From Bacteroides sp. SM23_62 (GTDB taxonomy: Bacteria > Bacteroidota > Bacteroidia > Bacteroidales > SM23-62): 64,000 bases of DNA. Of the stretch, positions 28,639-37,311 are shown piece after piece. Numbering within the stretch: the stretch's first letter is position 1; every line of letters begins with the position of its first letter. The position numbers and the translations under genes are program-made. The notes under the pieces were generated by a model, which saw nothing but the letters and a program-made list of their open reading frames with translations, was not told the DNA's origin and ran no database searches. The stretch is taken from positions 20,328 to 84,327 of the forward strand of contig LJUP01000001.1 of the NCBI GenBank assembly GCA_001303955.1, read 5' to 3'.

Positions 28639-31600
28639 CTATTCTATCTGCAGGGTTCCTTCCAGTCTGATGTCCTCAGACGAACTTCCAAGCAAAATGG
28701 TAAATTCTCCCGGTTCTACCACCCAATCAAGATCCTTATCAAGCATCTTCAATTCATCATGGCCCAGCGTAAAACTGATTGCCATTGATTCGCCGGGTTC
28801 CAGCCATACCCTGGTAAATCCTTTTAATTCTTTGACCGGTCTGACAACAGTACTTATCCTATCACGGAGATATAGTTGGACCACTTCGCTACCCGCTCTG
28901 TTACCGGTATTTGCAATTTCTGCACTTATATTGAATTGACCATGGGGCCCGGATGACTCCGGGGAGATTGCCAGATTGCCATATTCGAATGTTGTATAAC
29001 TCAATCCATACCCAAATTCATATAACGGGTTGTAGTCAATATCGGCATAGGAATTTCCCCAGCCCTTCTCCAGCCAGTATGACTTTGAAGGCTTGTAATT
29101 ATAATAGACCGGCAACTGTCCGGCATGACGCGGAAAGGTTACGGTCAATTTCCCGCCTGGATTATAATCACCGAACAGCACATCGGCAATGGCATCACCA
29201 CCTTTTTCCCCGGGGATCCATGCCTCGACAATGGCAGGAGCATGCTCATCAATCCAGGGTATGGCCAGGGGTCTGCCATTTATCAGGACAACAACAGTGG
29301 GCGTACCGGTTGCTACGACTTTGTGTGCCAGCTCTTTTTGTTTTCCGGTCAACTCAAGCGTAGCTACATCATATCCTTCGCCATCTGTTCCCTGCTTATT
29401 TTCTTTTTGCCATTCGTTTTCACCGAGTACCAGTACTGCCATTTCCGAATTTTTCGCAACTTTTACGGCTTCGCTAATCTGGTTAATTTCATCTCCCTTT
29501 ACATTGCACCCCTTTACGTAGTTGATCCTTACCTCTTCCCCCAGCTTGTTCCTTATGCCTTCCAGAACGGTGACGATATCCTGCAGGACGATTCTGGAAG
29601 TATAATCCCCCAGCTGGTTTTTTTCATCGTCTGCATTGGGTCCGATTACGGCAATGGATTTCAATTTTTTACTCAGGGGCAGTATTCCATTCTCATTCTT
29701 CAGCAGGACAATACCTTCACGGGCAGCTTGCAGTGCCAGTTTTTGGCTTTTTTCAGTATGTGACACCTCCGCAGCTCTTTCAGGATCAACGAACGGATTA
29801 TCAAACAGTCCGAGCCTGAATTTCATTTCCAATATCCGCCTGACTGACCTGTCAATGGTTTGCATTGATACTTTACCTTCTTCAACATTTGCTATCATTT
29901 CATGGTAGTATCCCTGGTTAAAAGAAATACTGACATCCATGCCAGCTTTGGCAGCCAGGGCGGATGCCTCTTTAAGGTCCTCAACCAGGCCGGTGTATAC
30001 CAGTGTGTTGACCCCCCCGCCCTCACTCAGTACCAGTCCCTCAAACCCCAGTTCTCCCCTCAGCATATCTGTCAAAACCGCGGATGAGCTGTGAGTGGGA
30101 ATTCCATCCATGGTGGGGTAGGTTGCCATGACTCCCAGAGCCCCGGCATCCTTAATCCCTGACACCCAGGGAGGAAGAAATACTTCACGCAGCATCCGTT
30201 CCGATATTTCCATGGCTCCCCTTTCCAATCCGCTTACCGGTGCACTCTGTCCGGGATAATGGCACAGTCCCGCAACAACCTTATCGTTTGCCGATACATC
30301 ATATCCCTGAACGGCCCCGACAATGGTCTCAGCAATCCTGGCACAGAGGTAGGGATCCTCGCTGTAACCTTCCTGGTTCCTTCCCAGCCTCGGATCCCGG
30401 TTAGGTTCAATGACCAGGGTAAACAGCTGGTGGATACCGATGGCCCGTGCCTCCCTCGCAGCTGTTTCATACACCTTTCCAAGAAGCGCCATGTCCCATG
30501 TACTGCCCAGGGCAGGTCCTTCCGGAAAGATGGTTGCCCCCGAGCACATCAGGCCATGCGTTCCCTCTTCCGTTTGCAGCAGGGGAATTTTTAACCTGGT
30601 TTTTTCCAGGGCAATGCGCTGTAATTCATTTAAATATCGGGCCTGTTGTGCAGGTCCCTCGAAAAGTACATTATTGGGGAGGGTGAAAAATCCGCCCCCC
30701 GGACCAATCCCCTTTATTAAGGTTCCTTCTGTAAATTTTCTGCATCCTTCCATTTTTTCCTCTGTTGTCTTCCCAAGTTCACTGAAATAAGCACAGGGCA
30801 TGTTAAGCTGTCCTATTTTTTCTTCCAGTGTCATCCTGGATAGCAGATCTTCCACTCTCTGGTCAACAGGCAAGGCAGGATTACGGCAGGGCAGCATTTC
30901 AGTATGCCGTGGCAGGTTACGCTGATCCCTCAGGAAACTTCCTATAGCAGCCACATGGTCAATCCATATCTCATTGGCTGGGTCCATTGCATACTGGCAG
31001 ATGGAATCAATGGTGTTCAGAAGGGAAGTCTGGTATCCACCATCACCCATTTCGTGCCCCGCCAGGACAAGCCATCTGCCTCCGGCACTGGCAGATTCAA
31101 TACGTTCTTTTATCTCTGCGAATGACTTACCATCCAGTTCAATTCCGGCCAGCTGAGCAAAATCACAGAACAGGGGGTCATTTGTGGTATTGTCCATCCA
31201 GGTCCTTCCTGTCGCGAACATGGCGGATATCAGCGGAACATAACTCCGGGTCTGCATACCCCTTCCAACATATGAATGGCCACAAGTATAGGCGAAGGAA
31301 ACCGGTGTAACACCCAAAAGTCTTTCAATGGCACGGTTTGCCGAATCAAGTTCCCTGTACATATCTGCCAGTGTGTAATTTTCCAGGGCTTTTTCCCGTG
31401 CCCAGCTATAATTTCCTGAACATGGGTGTAATAACGTATGGTTACCGATATCATGCCCCTTGGCTACTGCCTGTTTCCATCCTTCCAGTTTTTGTGCCAG
31501 ACGATCCGGTGAAACATAGAATGTTGCTTTTACACGGTATCTGTCCAGGAGAGGGATTCCTTTTTCAATCTGGCTCGGTCGGGCATCATCAAACGTCAGG

Positions 31601-31746
31601 CTGATCGCCATTTTTTTCCCATCCGGCCATTTTATGTGTTGATTGTCTGTTTTGCCTGCAGGTCCCCCGTAACCCTGGGTAAATCCCGAAAGAAACAGAT
31701 ACAGGAACAATAAAGTTGTCAGGCTGGTCTTGAAGGAGCGTAACAT
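28639..31746 (-). CDS. Fusion protein: polysaccharide deacetylase (CE4/NodB) domain + glycoside hydrolase family 3 (N- and C-terminal domains + FnIII-like)
   Basis: Signal peptide. CE4 motifs ISLTFDDARPSQ and GNHTLLH. GH3 motifs TLEEKIGQLNM, LCHYPGQ, GELGFEGLVLSEGGG, VLGENEW, and the FnIII-like tail VQLYLRD...VKELKGF. Confidence 0.88.
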   Translation of the reverse strand: MLRSFKTSLTTLLFLYLFLSGFTQGYGGPAGKTDNQHIKWPDGKKMAISLTFDDARPSQIEKGIPLLDRYRVKATFYVSPDRLAQKLEGWKQAVAKGHDIGNHTLLHPCSGNYSWAREKALENYTLADMYRELDSANRAIERLLGVTPVSFAYTCGHSYVGRGMQTRSYVPLISAMFATGRTWMDNTTNDPLFCDFAQLAGIELDGKSFAEIKERIESASAGGRWLVLAGHEMGDGGYQTSLLNTIDSICQYAMDPANEIWIDHVAAIGSFLRDQRNLPRHTEMLPCRNPALPVDQRVEDLLSRMTLEEKIGQLNMPCAYFSELGKTTEEKMEGCRKFTEGTLIKGIGPGGGFFTLPNNVLFEGPAQQARYLNELQRIALEKTRLKIPLLQTEEGTHGLMCSGATIFPEGPALGSTWDMALLGKVYETAAREARAIGIHQLFTLVIEPNRDPRLGRNQEGYSEDPYLCARIAETIVGAVQGYDVSANDKVVAGLCHYPGQSAPVSGLERGAMEISERMLREVFLPPWVSGIKDAGALGVMATYPTMDGIPTHSSSAVLTDMLRGELGFEGLVLSEGGGVNTLVYTGLVEDLKEASALAAKAGMDVSISFNQGYYHEMIANVEEGKVSMQTIDRSVRRILEMKFRLGLFDNPFVDPERAAEVSHTEKSQKLALQAAREGIVLLKNENGILPLSKKLKSIAVIGPNADDEKNQLGDYTSRIVLQDIVTVLEGIRNKLGEEVRINYVKGCNVKGDEINQISEAVKVAKNSEMAVLVLGENEWQKENKQGTDGEGYDVATLELTGKQKELAHKVVATGTPTVVVLINGRPLAIPWIDEHAPAIVEAWIPGEKGGDAIADVLFGDYNPGGKLTVTFPRHAGQLPVYYNYKPSKSYWLEKGWGNSYADIDYNPLYEFGYGLSYTTFEYGNLAISPESSGPHGQFNISAEIANTGNRAGSEVVQLYLRDRISTVVRPVKELKGFTRVWLEPGESMAISFTLGHDELKMLDKDLDWVVEPGEFTILLGSSSEDIRLEGTLQIE

Positions 31747-31871
31747 TGTTGTCTAGCTTTGATTGTTATACAAAATAACAGATTCTTTACTAAACTTCTC
31801 AATGTTTCGCGATGGAATAAGAATATCTTATCTTACGTTGTCAGTCGTGCTACATCCGGACCGTCATTTGC

Positions 31872-32810
31872 TTACCTGAAATTGATCAATGTCAGACCGA
31901 CTGTAACAGGGTAGACACCAGGGCCCAAATTGGTTTTAAACAGCGTCACCATACTGAGGTTGGCATACAATTTTATGAACTTGTAGCCGGCTCTCAAGGT
32001 CACATGATATCTCAGTGGAGAGAGGTTGAAATCATTTCTTACCTTTTCACGTTGCTTGGATCCGTTTTCATAATATTTGAGCTTGGTACTTGACCATAAT
32101 TTCAGATCTCCGATTACGCCAGTGGCGATAAATCCTTTTTGATCCCTTCCCCATTGGAATTCAAGAAGCAAAGGAACGGTAAGATATGCCGTATGCAGCT
32201 TGGATTTTGAATAAGATACTCCGGGCGGAGGATAGCGCGGTACAATCACCCCGGTTACCGGGTCCTTCATAATATTGTTATTGTTGTCGAAATGATAGTT
32301 GTTGCATTTAATTCCCATGCCCGTGACGAGACCATTTTTCTTGGAAAAAGGTAAACTGTACTGGATAAAATTCAGGTTCCATTCCCAGGACTTTCCTGTA
32401 TTCAGGTCCAGCCACCTTGTTTCCTCAGAAGTCCCGGCAAGATTACCATTCCGGTATGCCAGGTTATTCAACCCAAACGCTAATCCAGACCAGTGTCCTT
32501 TGAACTTCATGGGTCTCTTTCTCCATCCGTGCTTATGAAAATCTTCCCGTTCAATGATCTCGATATGGGTTTTATTCCCGTCTTCGGTAATACTGATGGC
32601 TTTATTTCCCAGCTTGATCTTGACGGTATCATCCCGGTCGTCTACTATGACAAATTCATCCTTTACAATGACCTCGGTCCCATCATCATCTTCTGTTACA
32701 GTAACGATATTTTTCTTCCCTATCCCTACCTTTGTGGTATCCGGCTCTTCCTGGGCTGAAAGATGGGGCATAATGGCCAGCATCAATACAAATGCGAAAA
32801 TCATTCTCAT
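31872..32810 (-). CDS. Secreted acidic-N-terminus / beta-barrel-like protein, third gene of the ECF sigma unit
   Basis: Signal peptide MRMIFAFVLMLAIMPHLSAQ. The C-terminal half has an alternating beta pattern. It lies downstream of the sigma and anti-sigma genes on the same strand. Confidence 0.6.
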   Translation of the reverse strand: MRMIFAFVLMLAIMPHLSAQEEPDTTKVGIGKKNIVTVTEDDDGTEVIVKDEFVIVDDRDDTVKIKLGNKAISITEDGNKTHIEIIEREDFHKHGWRKRPMKFKGHWSGLAFGLNNLAYRNGNLAGTSEETRWLDLNTGKSWEWNLNFIQYSLPFSKKNGLVTGMGIKCNNYHFDNNNNIMKDPVTGVIVPRYPPPGVSYSKSKLHTAYLTVPLLLEFQWGRDQKGFIATGVIGDLKLWSSTKLKYYENGSKQREKVRNDFNLSPLRYHVTLRAGYKFIKLYANLSMVTLFKTNLGPGVYPVTVGLTLINFR

Positions 32811-32876
32811 AATACTATTCTTTTAATGTGGTTAAAATCCAGCTTTGGGAATAAGACGGTGAAGGCTATGGAAAAG

Positions 32877-33947
32877 TTACCGCGATTTGTCAGGTTTCCT
32901 GAGTGGGGCCGAAATACCAAAGACCGGGGTATCCAGTGTAATTCTCCTGGTTTTACCATTTTCATCCTTTTTCCGGTCTAAATGATATTCATCCTCTGAA
33001 AGGGAGTTTAAACCCCTGACACTTGCATCTGCAAGCATCCACAAAGACAATCTTGGATTTTCTCCGGATGGGACTGCTGATTGATGATACTGCTGCAGGG
33101 TGTTGCTTTGCCGAAGTGCATGGTTAGCTGTAAAGGCTTGATCCGGGCCTGCAGGTGATTCCACAACCCGTTGAATTGATTTTGACGAGATCATTGCCAG
33201 CTGGATTCTTTCCTTCGTGGAATAGGCATCTGCTTCGGGTATGGATTCTTTTGCCAGCACGGGTTGTTTTCCGGTTAATAACGTAAGTTGCACCTGAGAG
33301 GTTTCCGGAGATTCTTCTCTTCCGGAAATTACCGGTGTATCAGCCAGGGATTGAATTTGCTGTGTCACTGGAGGGTTGGTTTCCATCTTGTCAAGAGTAT
33401 TCCCTGGTATCTGGTCAGTCAAGGTCAGGCTTCCAACTTCAGGGTCTTTGCCGGTAAATACCTGAAACATGATTAACAGAGCTGCCACAGCGGCTGCGGC
33501 AGGTAGAAAAATCCGGTATGGGATGGCAATGAATCCTTTCTTAAGTCTTGTTTTTCCCGGGTAAAGAATATTTTCATCAGGCAAAAGCCGGGTTGACCGG
33601 TATAGCATATATGTATCCTTCCTTTCAGGATCATCCCGGATGATACCCTGTAATATTTCCTCCTCTTCTTCAGCGATGTCATCCTCCATGCTGGATATGC
33701 AATACATGTCAAAATCCTTCAGGATAGTGGCTTCCGCCAGATCGGATTCCGATTTCATCAGGTTGGCTTTCCCTGAAAATGTTGTTTTATCCGGGACAAG
33801 GAATATTTTCCCTATACCGGAAAATTCTTCCTTCAGGTCCGGATTGAATTCAAGAAATGACAGGAGCGCATCAACCTGCTCCGGATCCAGATTCCCGTCA
33901 AGGTAATCCATTAGATATCGCTCATAGTTCTGCCTGCTAATCTCCAT
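32877..33947 (-). CDS. Putative anti-sigma factor (single central TM helix)
   Basis: It starts 6 nt after the ECF sigma stop. The N-terminal ~80 aa is a helical cytoplasmic domain, one TM helix follows (FLPAAAAVAALLIMFQVF), and the outer part is Pro/Ser/Thr/Gln-rich. No HxxxCxxC zinc motif is present. Confidence 0.6.
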   Translation of the reverse strand: MEISRQNYERYLMDYLDGNLDPEQVDALLSFLEFNPDLKEEFSGIGKIFLVPDKTTFSGKANLMKSESDLAEATILKDFDMYCISSMEDDIAEEEEEILQGIIRDDPERKDTYMLYRSTRLLPDENILYPGKTRLKKGFIAIPYRIFLPAAAAVAALLIMFQVFTGKDPEVGSLTLTDQIPGNTLDKMETNPPVTQQIQSLADTPVISGREESPETSQVQLTLLTGKQPVLAKESIPEADAYSTKERIQLAMISSKSIQRVVESPAGPDQAFTANHALRQSNTLQQYHQSAVPSGENPRLSLWMLADASVRGLNSLSEDEYHLDRKKDENGKTRRITLDTPVFGISAPLRKPDKSR

Positions 33948-33953
33948 ACACTC

Positions 33954-34439
33954 CTATATTACTGCCTTAAGGCTTCCTATATATTCCTTTAAAAATACCC
34001 GTCCACGGTAAATGTAAACCTTGACCTGTGATTCACCCAAGCCGGTGATTTTGCCAATTTCCTGGTACGAATATCCTTCGTAATCCCTCAACAAAATAAC
34101 CGTTCGCTGGATCTCCGGTAATTTGTCCAACGCGGCATGAAGGATTTCCTGCAGATCACTGTATTGTTCATCATGGGAATAACGTTCAGGATTAACATGG
34201 TTAAAATCCTCTATCCTTCTGTCTTTCCTTATCCCATCAATCATGGTATGATATGCTGTGGAGAACAGGTAAGATTTCGATTTCTCATATTTTACTTCCG
34301 CAACCTTTCTCCATAATTTTTCAAAACTGTCCTGCACAATATCTCTTGCCTTCTCCTGGTCCTTGAGGTTTTTCAGGATAAAGCGATACAATCCGTCGGA
34401 GTATTTTTCAACGCATTGATTGTATTCTGCGACAGTCAT
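33954..34439 (-). CDS. ECF (sigma-70 group 4) RNA polymerase sigma factor
   Basis: 161 aa with region 2 (DIVQDSFEKLW) and region 4 (ILLRDYEGYSYQEIGKITGLGESQVKVYIYRGR). Confidence 0.9.
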   Translation of the reverse strand: MTVAEYNQCVEKYSDGLYRFILKNLKDQEKARDIVQDSFEKLWRKVAEVKYEKSKSYLFSTAYHTMIDGIRKDRRIEDFNHVNPERYSHDEQYSDLQEILHAALDKLPEIQRTVILLRDYEGYSYQEIGKITGLGESQVKVYIYRGRVFLKEYIGSLKAVI

Positions 34440-34461
34440 TTTCTGTAATTATCTTTTATAG

Positions 34462-34487
34462 GACGGTTGTTCATCTGTAAAAGTTAC
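34462..34487 (-). promoter_or_regulatory. Putative ECF-type autoregulated promoter, GTAAC-N17-CGTC
   Basis: On the minus strand GTAACTTTT (34487-34479) is followed by a 17-nt spacer and then CGTC (34465-34462), 23 nt upstream of the sigma ATG. Confidence 0.4.
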
Positions 34488-34583
34488 TGCTGGTAGTGCG
34501 TAATTTCTATTTCTATTTTTCCTTGAATTTCAGTAAAATATGATTGAAATACCAAAATTTAACAAAAAAAACACACGAAATGC

Positions 34584-34614
34584 TTGACAAGTTAAGCTTG
34601 GAATATTATCTTTG
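34584..34614 (+). promoter_or_regulatory. Bacteroidota sigma-A promoter (TTG-N20-TATCTTTG) for the TetR/ABC operon
   Basis: TTG at 34584-34586 and an exact TAnnTTTG at 34607-34614. Confidence 0.5.
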
Positions 34615-34632
34615 ACCAAACGTTCAGTCAAA
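34611..34632. promoter_or_regulatory. Palindromic candidate TetR operator, TTTGACcaAACGTTcaGTCAAA
   Basis: 18 of 22 positions are self-complementary around an AACGTT centre. It overlaps the -7 box and predicted TSS. A further half-site, TTTGACTGAACG, lies at 34668-34679. Confidence 0.5.
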
Positions 34633-34698
34633 AACTGTCATTCCCGGCAGTTATTTTTTCCTTGTTTTTTGACTGAACGATTAACCAAAATACTGGCT

Positions 34699-35274
34699 AT
34701 GTCACCCAGAACAGAACGACAATTTGAGGAGATCAGGGAGGCCCGCAAAAAAGCGATCATGGATACGGCCCTTGAACTTTTTGCAACGGAGGGATTTGAC
34801 AAAACCTCAATCAGTAAAATTGCCGTGAAAGCAGGCATATCCAAGGGATTGCTGTACAATTATTTCAGCAGCAAGGAAGACCTTATCAAAACCATCATTT
34901 TCAATGGCCTGGATAGCCTGACTGGGTATATTGATCCCAACCACGACGGGGTATTGACAAGGGATGAATTGCAGTATTTCATCGAAGAGTTTTTCAATGC
35001 CATAGAAAAGAATGAGCACTACTGGCGTTTGTATTTCACCCTCTTTTTTCAACGACACGTACTGAAACTTGTTGAGAAAAGACTGATCGTAATGATCCAT
35101 ACCTATATGAAAATGCTGGTCAGATATTTCGAGGCAAAAGGATCCGATGACCCGGAGACCGATGCGATCATGCTTGGGGCAGTGCTGGATGGTATAGGTT
35201 TTCATTTCATGGCAAACACTGCCACTTTCCCCGTGGAGAAAATAAAACAGAAGTTGATTAAAATGTACTGTTAA
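34699..35274 (+). CDS. TetR/AcrR-family transcriptional regulator
   Basis: HTH: AIMDTALELFATEGFDKTSISKIAVKAGISKGLLYNYFSSKEDL. The ATG at 34699 is preferred because the track start at 34612 lies inside the promoter/operator. Confidence 0.88.
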   Translation: MSPRTERQFEEIREARKKAIMDTALELFATEGFDKTSISKIAVKAGISKGLLYNYFSSKEDLIKTIIFNGLDSLTGYIDPNHDGVLTRDELQYFIEEFFNAIEKNEHYWRLYFTLFFQRHVLKLVEKRLIVMIHTYMKMLVRYFEAKGSDDPETDAIMLGAVLDGIGFHFMANTATFPVEKIKQKLIKMYC

Positions 35275-35287
35275 TACAATTTTACAA

Positions 35288-36040
35288 ATGAAACAATTTA
35301 CATTCATAACGATCAGCCTGCTGATGGTGTTTGCATATCCGGCCAATGCCCAGGACGCCAGGGAGATTATCAGGAAAGCAGACGAGAAAATGCAGGGGGA
35401 GGAGACCTCCCAGAGCACCATGACCATGACCATAGTCAGGCCGTCCTGGCAGCGGGAAATCACCTTTAAAAGCTGGACCAAGGGAAGGGATTATTCACTG
35501 GCCCTGGTTACCGCGCCAGCCAAGGAGGAAGGTCAGACCTTTCTGAAAAGGGAAACGGAAATGTGGAACTGGAATCCCACCATCAACCGGCTGATCAAGC
35601 TTCCTCCCTCAATGATGTCACAGGGCTGGATGGGGTCAGATTTCTCCAATGATGACCTGTTAAAGGAATCGTCCATCGTGGTTGATTATACCCATAAAAT
35701 TATCGGAGAGGAGGAAATTGACGGCTGGGATTGCTATAAAATTGAACTGATCCCGCTGGAAGATGCTGCGGTCGTTTGGGGAAAGATTTTCAAATGGATC
35801 TCAATGGAAGAATTTCTCCAGATGAAAAGTGAATATTTTGATGAAGATAATTACCTGATAAAAACTGAACTGGCATATGATATAAAAACAATGGATGGAA
35901 GGTTAATCCCATCCAAATTTGAACTGATCCCGGAAGAAGAGGAAGGACATAAAACGGTTGTGGTAATGGATGATATCAAGTTCAACGAACCCATCCCGGA
36001 CAGCTTTTTCTCACAGCAAAACATGAAACGTGTTCGATAA
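35288..36040 (+). CDS. LolA-like 'outer membrane lipoprotein-sorting' family periplasmic protein
   Basis: Signal peptide ...YPANAQ. The pattern AREIIRKADEKMQG...TMTIVRPSW...WNWNPTINRLIKLPPSMM...SDFSNDDL is typical of LolA-like fold proteins. Confidence 0.75.
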   Translation: MKQFTFITISLLMVFAYPANAQDAREIIRKADEKMQGEETSQSTMTMTIVRPSWQREITFKSWTKGRDYSLALVTAPAKEEGQTFLKRETEMWNWNPTINRLIKLPPSMMSQGWMGSDFSNDDLLKESSIVVDYTHKIIGEEEIDGWDCYKIELIPLEDAAVVWGKIFKWISMEEFLQMKSEYFDEDNYLIKTELAYDIKTMDGRLIPSKFELIPEEEEGHKTVVVMDDIKFNEPIPDSFFSQQNMKRVR

Positions 36041-36068
36041 GTTCTGGATTAACTGAAAATTAAAGATC

Positions 36069-37292
36069 ATGAAAGAGTATTTAAAACTGGCCTGGAGAAA
36101 CATCTGGAGAAATAAGAGGAGAACACTGATCACCATTGCATCGGTTTTTTTCGCCATGTTCCTGTCCCTGATCATGCGCTCCATGCAGGTTGGCAGTTAT
36201 GGCCATATGGCTGATGGAATTGTAGAGGCCTTTACCGGTTTCATTCAGGTGCACAAAGAAGGTTTCTGGGATGATCAGACACTGGATAACACCTTCGCCA
36301 ACCAGGCAGACATGGTCAGGGAAATTGAATCTGCCGATAATGTAAAAGCGGTGATTCCCAGGCTTGAATCATTTGCACTGGCTTCGACGGGTGAATTGAC
36401 CAAAGGCATCCTGGTGGTGGGAATAGATCCTGTCAAGGAACTTGATCTTACCCACCCTGACAAGAAAATCAAGGAAGGCAAATATTTCGATGAGGAACCT
36501 TACGGAGTTCTGGTATCAGGAAGATTGGCAGCATTCCTCAACCTGAATCTGAAGGATACCCTGACACTATTAAGCACAGGATATCATGGCGCCAGCGCTG
36601 CCGGCATCTATCCTGTAACAGGTATTGTTGAAATGCCGAATCCTGAGCTGGACCGACGCCTGGTGTTTATGCCTCTCCCAATCGCACAGGATTTTTATGG
36701 GGCAGAAAATATGCTGACTTCATTGGTGATCAATGTATATGATTCTGATGATCTGAAAAATACAAAAAAGGATATACAGGGCCTGCTGGAGAATGGTGTC
36801 TATGAGATCATGGACTGGAAGGAAATGAATCCTGAGCTGGTGCAACAGATCCAGAGTGATCAGGCAGGAGGCTATATCATGCTTGGCGTACTCTATCTCA
36901 TTGTAGGATTCGGTGTGCTTGGTACACTCATCATGATGACTACGGAACGAAGAAGGGAATTCGGGGTAATGGTAGCCGTGGGTATGCAAAAAAAGAAACT
37001 GGGACTCATCCTGTTGATAGAAATGCTGATGATGGGACTTGTGGGAGCTGCATCAGGGATCATCGGCAGCCTGCCGGTAATCGCATACTTCGTACAAAAT
37101 CCCATCCGTTTTACAGGGGAATATGCTGAAATTTTCGAGTCATACGGATTCGAACCCATCATGCCTGCCAGGTTTGAAGGATATTATTTTGCGGGCCAGA
37201 CGGCCATTGTACTGATCATCTTCATGCTGGCTATCATTCCTCCTATATATTCAGTGTTGCGGCTGAAAGAAATAAAAGCATTACGATCTTAA
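36069..37292 (+). CDS. ABC transporter permease, FtsX/MacB/LolC-E type
   Basis: N-terminus LAWRNIWRNKRRT, TM1, a ~230-aa periplasmic loop and three C-terminal TM helices (FtsX domain). Confidence 0.88.
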   Translation: MKEYLKLAWRNIWRNKRRTLITIASVFFAMFLSLIMRSMQVGSYGHMADGIVEAFTGFIQVHKEGFWDDQTLDNTFANQADMVREIESADNVKAVIPRLESFALASTGELTKGILVVGIDPVKELDLTHPDKKIKEGKYFDEEPYGVLVSGRLAAFLNLNLKDTLTLLSTGYHGASAAGIYPVTGIVEMPNPELDRRLVFMPLPIAQDFYGAENMLTSLVINVYDSDDLKNTKKDIQGLLENGVYEIMDWKEMNPELVQQIQSDQAGGYIMLGVLYLIVGFGVLGTLIMMTTERRREFGVMVAVGMQKKKLGLILLIEMLMMGLVGAASGIIGSLPVIAYFVQNPIRFTGEYAEIFESYGFEPIMPARFEGYYFAGQTAIVLIIFMLAIIPPIYSVLRLKEIKALRS

Positions 37293-37311
37293 CGAATTAA
37301 TAATCAAGAAA

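Noticed and set aside
28595-31604. About a dozen + strand ORFs of 60-212 aa (for example 29125-29763 and 28953-29363) lie inside the CE4-GH3 gene region.
   Set aside because: All are antisense to a 1035-aa ORF with clear CE4 and GH3 motifs. Their products are low-complexity and Ser/Pro/Cys-rich with no motifs. They are typical shadow ORFs from codon bias and locally higher GC.
34807-35481. A 224-aa minus-strand ORF spans the TetR gene and the start of the LolA-like gene.
   Set aside because: It crosses the boundary between two well-supported + strand genes and has no motifs. It is a shadow ORF.
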